DNA of 63,328 nucleotides, counting the filler, from Choristocarpus tenellus KU-1152 (Eukaryota > Protista > Phaeophyceae), in NCBI GenBank assembly GCA_964200185.2. It is 9 parts of 9 records of this genome, joined end to end, with 100 filler letters (N's around TTAATTAATTAA, not from the genome) between each part and the next. Parts side by side here need not be neighbours in the genome. Positions count along the whole stretch, not along the records: positions 11,550 to 16,214 come from CAXNAD020013557.1; positions 16,315 to 36,735 come from CAXNAD020000397.1; 7 more parts are not named here. The stretch is one strand, 5' to 3'. Below the pieces are notes generated by a model, which had not been told where the DNA came from, made no database searches, and was given only the letters and a program-made list of their open reading frames with translations. Each line of letters begins with the position of its first letter. Within the stretch, counting starts at the first letter, position 1. The position numbers and the translations under genes are program-made. Positions 12,681-24,400 of the stretch are shown piece after piece.

Positions 12681-12723
12681 CTTTTCCCTCACACATCTAC
12701 AAATTGTCAAGAGGGCATAATAA
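12681..12723 (+). mobile_element. Orphan 3' terminus (stem-loop plus TAA tail) of the RLE family
   Basis: CTTTTCCCTCACACATCTACAAATTGTCAAGAGGGCATAATAA resembles the family terminus TTTTCCCCCTGACACATCTGCAAAATGTCAGAGGGCATAATAAT. Confidence 0.65.
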
Positions 12724-13712
12724 CTGTGTGCCATATCTCCCCGCATGGCTTACATGAATACACAACTTCACACATTTCATCATTCATCTCGAGTAAAGTA
12801 GAAGAAAAAGTCTTACCTTTTCGGCAAGACCTTCTCCCTGAAGTTTATTTCCTTCCAAAACAAAGAAATTGAACCTTACATTCTTACAAAATCAGTGCAT
12901 TTCATAATATTCTGCCAGCAGCGAAGCACCACCATCATCAATAAGAGCAGCAGAAACAGTTCATTGACGGACTTTCTTTCACTCGAAAAAACCCCAAGGG
13001 CCTTACCTTTTACGCTGTTATTGTCATCATCCTCCAAATGCTTCTTTCACGCATCCATCTATAAAATCCTTTTTACTCTGTTGTTCTCAGTGACTATTGC
13101 TTCTAGTAACAAAATTTTGAAGATAGGACATGTGTAGAAAATGTGCGGAAAGAGGAATGCAATGCAGTGTACTTCCACAAAACCTTGCCGAATACAATAT
13201 AGCACGCTCCCCTCTCCAAGGTCCTCAAAATGCAACAAAATGCAAACATACGTCGCAACATTCCAGATTAAGTCTACTTTTGCCAAGCTCCTCACAAGCG
13301 ACGTACCTCATTGGCTGACAGACAAAATCATGCTCCACATCAGAACTCTTGAAATTACTCAAAAAAACAACATCAGATCTTCTTCTTACCATCTCTGATC
13401 ATAAAAAATTGCCTCATGGGTTGAAAACATCAGAGTGTCACACACTAATACGTGTCATCCGCCTGACAGTCTCCAACCACACATCTAAAAAAATTGAACG
13501 CTATGATACAACATCTCCATAACAAAAACTCTCTTGATGCAGTTAGCAACCAACATTATATCTCACGAAGCAAAAAAACAAGATCTAGAAATTTACCCCA
13601 AAAAAGGGTAGCAAAAAAAATGCAATAAGAAGCCCTAGAAGGCCTCTTCTACAGTGCTTAAGCAAAATGAAACGAATAATTTTAGCACAGACAATTGTGA
13701 TCCAAACAATAT

Positions 13713-13958
13713 TCATGACCCATACCTTTCCTTGAGCTTCTGCATATGAGCAGAGGGAGGGAGTGGTCTTTTGTCCAAGAAATCTGAGAAAAACTTATCA
13801 ATGTCCATTTTTACTGGCTCTTTTTGTTTGTCCTCAGATGGATCATTAGATTTCCACACATCTCTGAAGTCAAACCCATAACTAGTGCAATGCGGCCAAT
13901 CAAAATTGTCGTATATGTAGCTGAGAGATGTATTGGACGGATCCATGAGATTCAGGAC
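13713..13958 (-). CDS. Probable terminal exon of an unidentified gene
   Basis: CAG acceptor at 13959-13961, then 81 codons (VLNLMDPSNTSLSYIYDNFDWPHC...KLKERYGS) and TGA. Upstream exons were not located. Confidence 0.4.
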   Translation of the reverse strand, partial: VLNLMDPSNTSLSYIYDNFDWPHCTSYGFDFRDVWKSNDPSEDKQKEPVKMDIDKFFSDFLDKRPLPPSAHMQKLKERYGS

Positions 13959-14439
13959 CTGGTGAGATAGTCGGGTACAACATGCAAGCAGACACAGAGG
14001 AAAGGAATGAATCAGAGGTAGGAATTCCTATTGCAACAACCCGCTACCAATCAAAGAAGGCCCAACAAAGGCAGCAACCATTCAGCAAGCAATACATAAA
14101 ATCGTTATCGCTATAAAATGCTTACAAAAAAGCTTCTCCTTGCAAAGGCGTGCGTGCTTCACAACCAAAAGTGAGTTCTTTTACTTGCAACGCCCCATCA
14201 GGTATGCATGTAGCTGTTGCGTAAGAGCACAACTAAAATAGATATATTTTGATCCTCCCTCTGGTTGTGTGATTTAAACACCCGCGTTCTTGGTAGGGTG
14301 ATATGCCATACGTTAAAATCTGTCTGAAACCTGTTCTTGGTAGGGTGGAAAACGAATCGGTACCTCCAAACCTCTATATTCTTCCCCTCAGCCCACACGA
14401 ACATCATTCCCTTGGCCACGAAAGACCCATCTACACCGT

Positions 14440-15880
14440 CTTGCACACTCCCTTCTAAGCACTTTATCGCCTTGTACCATGCAAGGAGACTATTCCAGAC
14501 CTTCTCACGGGTCTCAGTACTATAATTTTTGTATGTCTCAAGCATATTTTGGAAAGGTCATCAATGATGTCCAAGAGAAGCCTAGTTCCCCTGGTCTGCC
14601 GACAATGGAAGAATCCAAGGTCTAGAGCATTAAAACCCAGTGAACGGACAGGCTGCTCCAGCAAGCATAGTGTGAGGCCTCTACCGGTGGACCAGTCACC
14701 CACTGCATTCTTGGCAGGTGCTCTATATACCCTTTTGCCTTATCGCCATGAAGCAAAATAATGCCCTGCTCTAACAGACAAGGGTGAGACGAGACGCTAA
14801 ACCTGGTCAGACCTTCTCTGTGACCACTTTGTCATAAACCTCACCAAAGTCATTTTGGCATTCAACATTTCCATAGTACCACCTAGGCCACAATTGCTGA
14901 AAGATCGTCATGACCCAACCCAATCCATGAGTAGTCAAATGATGATCTTCCCAGCCCATCAACTTTCATCCTCAAAAGCATGGGGGTGTTCACTTGCAGT
15001 CAGAAGTGTCGCTGTTGGCACATGTTTCTAGCTTGTGACATAAGGAAACTTCCAAGGTGCCTCCCTGGGCCCGAGACAAACCCTTAGCCTGTCGGAAATT
15101 AGCTCTAACACCTTTTGATGTCGATGAACACAGTCAAACGTGGGGGTTAAACACGTGCGTTCTATCCCTCGTCACCATACTGTCCATTACCAAGGCCATC
15201 CTATCGACCTTGTGTTTAGTTAGAGAGGAAGTACTCAATTACTCTCCCATACGGTTTGACTCCTGCCTTGTTCATTACACCTCAACTTGCTTTGTATGGG
15301 TGACATCAGCCTTCGAGATTGATCTCTGCTGACTCCTCCATTCAAACGTACGGATTACTCCAATCGTATCAACCTCCTCTTGCAGAATTGTTCTTGGTAG
15401 TCCCTGATAATGAAAAGGCAAAACGGCTAAAAGTATCTGGGGGAGGTGGTCTACACCTGCGTGTCCATTCGGGGCCTGACCAGGAGAAATGCACTTAAAT
15501 TATCCATCCGACATGTGCAACCAAATCACCCAAAAATCGCGATTTGGAAAAATGAGCCCCAAATGGACAGCCACCCCCCCCCCCAGATACTTTGAGCCAA
15601 ACACATGCCCTGTCCATTATCCAACCCTCATAATGCCACCCTTCCCAACTGAGCCGACATCATTCCAGCCATCCTGTACTTCTGCCTGATCTGTGATCAA
15701 GCAGGTGCCTCAATGAACATTCCCACAGTCCACTGCGCAGCCGAAAGTACTCCCCCATCACAGATTCCTCTCCCACTTTGTTCATGGGAATGTCCTTCGG
15801 CTTTTCCATGCCATAAACTCTGGTGTAATTGGTGCAGCCATATCTCAAGAAAGTCCAATTCTGGAGTATTGCAATCACGC
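14440..15880 (-). mobile_element. Degenerate DD39D (plant-mariner-like) Tc1/mariner transposase pseudogene, interrupted by a MITE
   Basis: Collinear decayed motifs: GLPRTIL...GVIR; DCVH/DIKR (cf. VHIDEKWF); KHVPTATLLTASEHP...WAGKI (cf. KVMFLxAVARPR...FDGKIG); EVYDKVVTEKV*PGL; QPVRSLGFNALDLGFF (cf. QPPNSPDLNVLDLGFF); IIDDL...EKVWNSL. Many stops and frameshifts; the 5' boundary is approximate. Confidence 0.8.
15425..15598. mobile_element. Complete 174-bp MITE with 4-bp TSD (AAAC)
   Basis: AAAC|GGCTAAAAGTATCTGGGGG ... CCCCCAGATACTTTGAGCC|AAAC. Confidence 0.9.
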
Positions 15881-16048
15881 TCGTCAGTAGCAAAGGAACC
15901 AAAGTAGCCACAGCAATACATGTATGCCACATCTCACCATTTTGATTAAAAATTGATTAAATGTATGTATATATTACGGGCCACAATGTCATCGAGTTGA
16001 TAGTTTTCTTTTATAAACTTTTCAACTGCATTACTTTTGAATATTTTG

Positions 16049-16190
16049 AAGTATCTGGGGGGTGGGGGTGTCGGCGTCCGTTTTTCACTTTTTGGGTGTG
16101 ATTTGGTCACACGTGTCGAATTTGAAATGTCAGCAAAAAAAAAGGGTTGTTTGACCAAAACGGACGCCCCCTCACAACCCCCCCCACCTC
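16049..16190. mobile_element. MITE (G-rich subfamily) with degraded ends
   Basis: AAGTATCTGGGGGG left end; internal and right-hand sequence matches the 11370 and 15425 copies. Confidence 0.7.
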
Positions 16191-17596
16191 TCCTCACCCA
16201 CCATTCAAAACCCTNNNNNNNNNNNNNNNNNNNNNNNNNNNNNNNNNNNNNNNNNNNNTTAATTAATTAANNNNNNNNNNNNNNNNNNNNNNNNNNNNNN
16301 NNNNNNNNNNNNNNGGGAGGATAGCCTCTTATTGGCAGGTATTGAATAAGACATCTATCGCTGATGCCATGCCCTCACGTTGAGAGCATGATTCGGCAAG
16401 CGATTGGGGGAGGGGTTCAGCTGGGTATGTTGGTATGATACATCAAATGAGTACATACTAGACCCTGGGATCGGGAATGATGCAGGGGAGGTTGGTTGGT
16501 GGGGACAAATGGTATGATGGGCATGTGCAGGCAAGGGTTGGTCTTGATCGAGAGGTTAAGGGTTGTAGACTTGAGTTGTAATTTTGTGCAAATTTCTGTT
16601 GTGTCAGTTGTGGATCAGGTGAGCCTAAGACTTTTCATCGGTTGCTTGCTTGCTGAACAATCCCAACTATAGTGAGTTAGGCTTTAGAGATCGCCGGAGA
16701 GGCCCGAGATAGAATAATGGCCTCAAACCCCCAACTGTTGAAGGATTCAACGAAGACCACGTGCCCTTAGGGCCGGCTCTCATCCTGCTTGGCTTTCCTA
16801 CCCAACTGAATCACACCTCAGGAATAAGGACGACTGTTTCTTTTTAGTTCCCACTTATCATCTGCGCTCCGTTCTAGCTTTGTTTCAAGAAGTGATATAA
16901 TCAGACATTGATGGATGACCTTAAAAAAATGGGAGTCCGCATTCTTCGCCTTGGGTACAAAATCGAGAATGTATAAGTTCCTCTTTTCACACAAAACAAT
17001 TAATTCTTCAGCAGATTTCAATCAGACACACCGGCTTAAACATTGGGGCGGTTTTTGACAAGTTCAGACTAATGATGTGTATCGCAAGATAGAAAAAAGG
17101 AAATTCTACACGCAGTAGGCATGGCATCATATTTAGTTGATCATAGATGGATGGTTTGTACAGTAGGTAGTAGAGGGTTCCTCAGTTTTCTGTCAGCGAG
17201 GCCGCTAGAGTATGGATCTGGATATCTACAGGCAGAACAAGTGGGCACCATCATAAAAATCGTTCGACATGTAGGTGTGGATTATCTACAGCATTGGTAA
17301 GTATACAATGAGGAAATATCTCCTCAAAACTTGTTTGGTGTAGTGGAAGCTAGCAAGGCCCACCGCTGCTGGGGGTGGAAAGGGGGGAATGCTGAAGGAG
17401 GTGGCGAGGAGCAAAGATTTCTTGAAGGAAGGAAGAAAAGAAGAAGGAAAAAGAGGCTGAAAGGAGAGAAGTGGATGATGCACACTATAGCAACTCATTG
17501 TTTGGCTGCAATGAGGACTTGTTTTGTTGCAGGCGGGTTAAATATAATTATTCCAAGCATTCTCTTGGTAAGAATATGGACATGCGTCACACGTAC

Positions 17597-18386
17597 ATCC
17601 TGGCGGATATCAGAACAGGCTGCGTACGCGGTCTAGATTTTTTCCCTTGAATACACAGTAGAGCCCCAAAGGGCGGAGGGTTGGAGTACCAAATTGAAGC
17701 AGGGGTAACGGGGTGTTGGAGGGGGGAATCGCTTTGGAGGGGTAGAAGTGAGAGTGAATTGATACTTCTCACGCCTCTATAAAATACAACGTACTCGTAA
17801 TGGCGAGGTTGAGGCTGGAAGGGGGGAAATTACTCACTTTCTGTTGATTCGTGTTTTGGAGTTCCCGGGAGGCTTTTGCAATAGCGTTCTGGTCTGCCTT
17901 GCAGCACCCAGAGAAGTGACAGACGCTGTGATGAACGGAGCTCCAGGCCCTCTTTGGACGGGTGAGAATACCACTCTTTGGGTGAACATCTCGGACTCTC
18001 TTCTGTTCCGTTTCGGTCTTGGTCTGAGCCAAATGGAAGCAATACATCAACAAAGATGAGCTTCTACTGCGTTTTGCGTACTTCGGCAAACCGAGAAACA
18101 ACTTCCAGGGGTAAGTCGAAACCAGAAATCAGAGGGTGTGAAGAACGTAAATCCCCCGGGAAAAAATGTGTTGGAGAAAGACAACTACTTGCCAGAATGA
18201 GAAACAAAAAAAAGGTGGCGGCTTAACATGGGGAGGTGAGAGTCTGCTAAAACCCTAGACACCCCGGGCACACTCTCAGCCCACCAAAGCTCGTCAGACC
18301 CCGACCCTCACCTCGCCATGTGTCACGCCCAGCAAGGTGACTACCAGTACTCCCAGAAGGAGAAAGAGGCTGCGCAGCAAAAGCAT
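17597..18386 (-). CDS. 5' exons of a putative secreted protein
   Basis: Exon 18312-18386 (MLLLRSLFLLLGVLVVTLLGVTHGE, signal-peptide-like, GTGAGG donor), exon 17838-18023 (CAG acceptor, GTGAGT donor) and exon 17597-17632, all phase 0. Downstream exons are unresolved. Confidence 0.5.
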
Positions 18387-19639
18387 GTTGATCGTGGACC
18401 TACCGGCGAAACGACGGAACGGAGAAGAGCATGAGGAGTGAAAGGGACGGATAATAGGGGCTGTAGGCGTCATCGCGATGTTTTGCGAGGCGGGCTGCCA
18501 TCTGGGATCGTATCGATCTCTCGAAAGGATTCCAATGCCATCGATACCAGACTGAGCGACCCCGGTAAACCTAACACTCCCTATTGCCGCACTACGGTGC
18601 TTGGTTTTGCTACCACAAGACCGCTCTATCCCTTTCAGAGGTGAGGCGGAGAACAACCCGTCGGCATGTTGGATGGGCGTATCGCTGACAAGACGGCCAT
18701 GTCACACCTTCGTTCGGTCCTTCCGACTATACGCTTTGCTCCTAGGCAAGGGGGGTCTGAATGGGTCTGATGCGAGAACTCACACGTAGTCCAATGTATC
18801 CAGGCCCTAAAGGAGATGTGGCGTCAAAATATTCGTTTCCTCATCCCACTTTGAAACCGTCTTTGTTGGGTGATAAACTCTTGTCTGTTGACTGAGTATT
18901 GATTCAATCGGTTTCCCCGCAACCGCGATCTCCCACTAAGCATTGCTTGTTGGTGAGGCTATCAATTTCTGGAGATTGCATATCATCTCGTGTGTTTTTT
19001 TACGTAGAATTTGGAAGTATGTTCCAATTACGATGGATATCCACTGCGAGCAAAAAAGAATAAACAAGAGGTCAGAAGTAGACTCGTTCTGTAAGGGCAG
19101 ACATGGTTATTGGCATACATACATATGTAATACTTTGAAGTACACAATATATTCTGCCCCCATCTAGAAATCGAGCAATCACCAGCCAGCTGATTTCAAT
19201 ATGATGGCGCGATGCTACTACCATGTTAATTGATAGAGCCATCTAGCTATCAGTAGTGGACTGAGTCTTAGCTGGCGTTAGCAGGCATATATATCCATTG
19301 AGCCTTCAGTCGAGGCCCTATCATTTATTATTTTTCTCGAAAGGGGGTGCCCGTCATCGATTTCTCTCCCCATCCCAGATACGCTATAAGCAGGTTCTCT
19401 ACATTGTTGTTGACTTCTTGCCGGTGGATAATGCATGTGAATGCACTTGGGGCATGCGGTGGATTGCCCATAATGTCAGTTCTATCTCCATAATATCATC
19501 TCTTGTATATGTATGTATATAGTAGTAGTAGTAGTAGCATTAATGGTAAGCAGTAGTACTTCATTTGTGCCATCACCATTTTTAATTTGTTCATCGCCAA
19601 CCGTCTATTGCGATGATGTATTATCATGTCAAATCTCGT

Positions 19640-19862
19640 TTGTGACAGTGTCCGTCCCAACACAAATGGCTCTATCAAGACGTGTCATGCACTATAAGCT
19701 GGAGACACCAATGAGATGGGCAAGGAGGGGTGGGCAAAGAGGGGCCTGTCAGATTCTTGGGATGCTTCCTTAGGTCCTCGCCCAGGGGTGTAGGGCTAAG
19801 CTAGGTTATAGGAGGGCAGTACATATCTGGTAGTAAATATTAAAATGTCTTTCACATTTACG
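19640..19862 (+). mobile_element. 5'-truncated RLE non-LTR fragment
   Basis: VSVPTQMALSRRVMHYKLETPMRWARRG matches the family C-terminus VSVTTQVALSRRVMRFKLESPGRWARR, followed by a partial 3' UTR. Confidence 0.8.
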
Positions 19863-20118
19863 TCAGCTGTTACTTATCATTATTTCTCCCAGATTATTAT
19901 TATTTAATTGTTTTTACTACTGCTACAATTTTAGTATTGTAATTTTTGTAGTGAAACCAATTGAGAGGTTGGCAAGGTTGCACATTAAGTACCTCAAGAA
20001 TTGGGAAAAAGACTCCCATTGTAGTACAATCGTAGAAAGAACCTTTGCTGAATTGTGGTGTCACTTTGTGTGTCAAAAAGGGTAATATCCATAGAGCGTA
20101 CACTATTATGCACATAAA

Positions 20119-20196
20119 GCAATGAAACAGAGTATACTGAACAGGGTAGGAAAGATGGATTGGAATGCAGAAGGGTTCAAACCTGCCTATCTCTCA
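20119..20196 (+). repeat. Dispersed short repeat with a B-box-like motif, possibly a tRNA-derived SINE head; second copy at about 62702-62776
   Basis: GAGTATACTGAACAGGGTAGG...TGGAATGCAGAAGGGTTCAAACCTGCCTATCTCTC versus GAGTGTATTGAACAAGGTGAG...TGGGATGCAGGAGGGTCCAAACTTGCCTATCTCTC. Confidence 0.45.
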
Positions 20197-20239
20197 ATTG
20201 GTTATCTCTTTAGTATTATTGACGTATTTTTCTATTATA

Positions 20240-20748
20240 CTCCCTCTGTCCCATAAGTCTGTTCCTTTATGCATGTAGGTCTTGGGGATGGCCTCTAATT
20301 TCAAAACCTATTTTTGCGTTGGATCCCTCGGAAAATTTTAGGTAAGATCAGTTATAGTTGAAAACATACATCCCGAAATTGTTCTGAAAATATGCAACAG
20401 AGGTTAGGCGGGTATAGGGCCACAAGGCACTGGATTGGTGGATTGACGGCATTGCGTGAAAGCGATCAAAGGTTTTCTAATCCAAAAATCCGTTTTGAAA
20501 TCGGAGGTCATCCCGAAGAGTTACATACTTAAAAGGAACAGACTTATAGGACAGGGAGTATATTAGAACCTAACACAAAAGATTAGTAGCCTATGTTTCA
20601 ACACGGTCCAGACCTTCCTAAGCTCTTCGAATATAACTCATTTTACGAAAAAATTTCCGAGGAATTCAACGCAAAAATTCGTTTTGAAATCGGAGGTCAT
20701 CCCGAAGAGTTACATGCATAAAGGAACAGACTTATGGGACAGAGGGCA
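20240..20748. mobile_element. Stowaway-like MITE (TA TSD) with one left and two right TIR arms
   Basis: TA|CTCCCTCTGTCCCATAAGTCTGTTCCTTTA at 20240; first right TIR ...GAACAGACTTATAGGACAGGGAG|TA ends at 20558; a second, longer right arm spans about 20625-20748 (...GAACAGACTTATGGGACAGAGGG). Confidence 0.88.
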
Positions 20749-21430
20749 TATTTACCATTATTACTTTACGCCGTTATCCCTGAGTCACTGTTTTACGTAC
20801 AACTGAATATTATAGCATTATGTAGTGAAAGAGTTAGGCCTGGTTGCAGTTCAGACGAATGCATACATTGCATGAAAACAACCCATCCTCGGGAGGCATA
20901 CAAGACACGTAATACAGTGGCTCTTCCGTGCAGCAGGGTTTGATTGGATGTATCACACTATCTTCCTCCCCACTCTACAATCACATGATAGCCTACGTGC
21001 ATTGCAGGTAGTATACCATTGTCACATTATAGTAAGTGGTCAGCATCTGGGCCACCTTCTAGCACAACATTCTCCATCAAACCATGACAAAATATACCTG
21101 CATTACTCTTGTTTCTTACAGAGTAACATATCATCCCTGGGAGCGCAAAGCCCATGACTCATGCCAAGATGAAAATAATATTAATAATAAAATAATAATT
21201 TATTGATTCAGAAGGCAGCACCTAGACCAATAGAAGATTCTTACATCCCAACACCCAGTCAATGAGACGTGTTCTTCCTACAGAAGACCCTACTCTGTTA
21301 ACCTTGGAATCAATTTCTTCCCTCCTTCCCCATCAGCACCTTTTCCTTGTCAGAAAGGCAGAGAGGGCACAGATGTTGGAGAGTTTTTAAAAGAGTAATT
21401 TTTTTTGTTCGGCACATACCCAGGTAATTT

Positions 21431-24400
21431 TTATGACAATCTAGATTCTGGTAGCCCATCAACTATCGACAATTGGTAGGCGTTCTTCATGTCATCCTCT
21501 TCCATTGGACGTAGAATGGATAGAAAGGGCGGGAGTGAGACTCCACCCCCCTGTGAACGGAGATGGCAACAGGACAGGAGGTGGGGAGGAGTGGAAGGAA
21601 CAGGTTCATGATCACTGGCGGTTGAAGAAAAATACTCCAAAACAGGTAAAGAAATTTACCCTCAAAATGCACCAACAGATCCTTAGGGCCGTCCATTTGC
21701 TCTTCCAATGCACCAGGTCTACCAATGCCTTCCAGAGAAGATAGGAGGCAAGTAGAAATCTTACTGGTGCGGAAAACCACAAGATGGGATCATATGTGGA
21801 AGAGAGAAGGACACAGTCACACCAATCAAAACATAAGCAGCCAGGTAGCTTCACATCCCATCAGGGTGTGCAGATCAACCACCAACAAGGCAAGTGCTCT
21901 ACCCCAACCCAATCTCCATTTCAATACATTCCCACATGAATTATTGCCATTATGCTGAAGTCACAGGGACAAGCAGTAACCCAACTCCTTCACCACAAAA
22001 GAACAAGGAACTCGTGTGCTTTTTCATCACCACAGTAACGTCACGGTGAGTAAAAGCGAAACAGCATATGCCTCCAAAAAATATACAACACTGTGGGGGA
22101 AAAATAACATCACCATCCTCCACTTACATAGGGCTAGTGGCACAGTGATGTGTTGCTATTAGACCCTCTTCATTCCCCCCCCTCCCTTCCCTGGCAACAC
22201 AGGAAAGCCCCAGCAAACGCACCTACCTTCAAAACATCAGCGACACCCCCCCAAAAACGCCGAAATGCAATGGAACAACTTTTTTCACCATACACCCAGT
22301 GAGGGTGGCGACGTTATCAAAGATTATGCAAGGCACAGCAGGCATTGCGTGCTGATGACCTCCCACAATAAACTAACCACCTAAACAAGCACCCGGCCCT
22401 CCCCGACAAGGCCCCATTCCCCTCAAAAGCAATACAATGACCCCCTACTCACAATCAACCGGTGGTGCCATGGCATCACACCCTATGCAAAACACTCGGG
22501 AACACAAACACAATCTTTACTCACCTCCCCCAACCATTGCAGGACGCTGGGCCCACCAGCTGGCGAGAGGTACACCTCAACTGAAAAAGACTGACCCTTC
22601 CAGATAAACCTTGCAACCTGTTGGTGCACCAAAACCCTGCTGGAGTCTGTCGAAGCCCCATCATTGGCCATTTCATCGTGCTCACTGGCCAATAGCACTC
22701 GCTCGACAGTAGACCTCGAACCATCCTCCCACAGCCAAACACGTGTCACGCTGTGAGAGGAAAGAACTTGAGCAGGAAACAAAAAAATAAGACGGCAACA
22801 GAGGCGTGAACGGGTAGGTGAGGTAGGTGAACAATCGAGACCTCTTGCGGTTTGAACCATGGGTTCTACATGAACCATGAACCATGGGTTCTTATTTGAA
22901 CCATGGTGGGGTGACTGGCAAAGGGGGAGGAGATGGGACAGGGGCAAACAACGATCCAATGACTGTTCTTGATGGTTAAGCCTCATTTGAGACACTCCTG
23001 TAGTGCACTCATCCTCACACACAAGTTGTCATAGTATCAACAAGAGGGTTGCACAAACAAAGTTATTGCTCTCTAAACCACTGCTGCAGCATTCCATGAG
23101 TACTGTAGAATACTACAAACTTTTGTACCTCGACCAATTTTTTTCCTCTTGAGCAGGAAGGCGTGGCTCGAGACGGCCTCACCGCTTCCACCTGACCCAG
23201 GTGGAAGACTAAGTGCCAGACGCCCCATCCCTGTCTCCGATAGAAATATCTGCATGAGAACAATTAGATGGGGAAGATTTCAACTCACGAGGACAACATT
23301 GTATAGGAGGTGACCAGAGACCCTTGAAGCAGTGAATCCACACCCCTAAAACAACAACAAAATAGGAAAAGTCCCACAAGATCCAACAAAACAGGGCCAC
23401 AGCCATGCCCCTTACAAGTGCAACAAAATAGGGTAATCTTTACAGCACATATAGTCTGTCCACCACAAAAAAACGCCTCCCTACTCACAATCCTCTTCAT
23501 CTTCTCTTCTTCCCCTTCTCAATTTACCACCCCTGGAAAAAAAACAATATCAAGTCACATACAGTCAACATCATTCAAAAGGCAACCTATCCACCAACAG
23601 CAACAAATTGCCTGCATCTTACATCTAGTCAATAGCAACGCTTCTGTCCACCCCCCGCCCCCCGCCCCCGACCTCAACCCTCAACAAACCTCCACCATAT
23701 ATCCCTGTCAACATCGGCATTGCCTCACACACAACAGTTCGCCCTACTCGAGACCAAGACCCCAACAGGCACACACCTTCTCAGTCTCAAACATCCGCAC
23801 TGTCACCGGAAAAAAGTCAGGATCATCCAGTCGGGGAACCCCTTGTAGGACATAAGCCCGTGCAATGGACGGCGGACCGATAGGCAGTCCAGAGACACGT
23901 GAGGCAGCTGATACAATCCTCTGAATCTTCTCAGAAAAGCCTGTTGAGTTGTCGAACAAGAAGTGCAACGGGTGACCCATCCATACCAACTGCGTCCGCT
24001 CATCCATCTGCGACACGGGGGCATTGAAAGGTAAATGGCAGTTCTTTTCGCCGGACCAGCGGGTAACCAAACTATGACTTGGACCATGAGCTGGCCCACA
24101 GCCCAGTCTAGTTTATAATCTTGATGGCTCAGGTACAGCCCTACTAAGACATATTTCACCCGTGCTGGTCCACAGCCAAGGTCCAGTTTGCAATCTCAAT
24201 GGTTCCGGTCCAGCCATGTTAAGAAATATTTCACATACGTCAGCCCTCAACCTGGTCCAGTTTACAGTCTTAGTGTTCTCAGTTCAGGCCTGGTAAGACA
24301 TACTTCACCTGGGTCAGTCCAAGGCCCTGTCAGGTAATACTCTCCTGGACCAGTCGTGTGTCCACTGCAGTCACTGAGCTTTGCAAATTGTTCAAACAAT

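Noticed and set aside
12790-13560. Decayed coding-like sequence (also 31380-32100, 53400-56700 and 60600-61100)
   Set aside because: No consistent exon chain or recognisable motif could be built, so these regions are left unannotated.
20119-20196. tRNA gene suggested by GGTTCAAAC
   Set aside because: No cloverleaf or acceptor stem; kept only as a low-confidence dispersed repeat.
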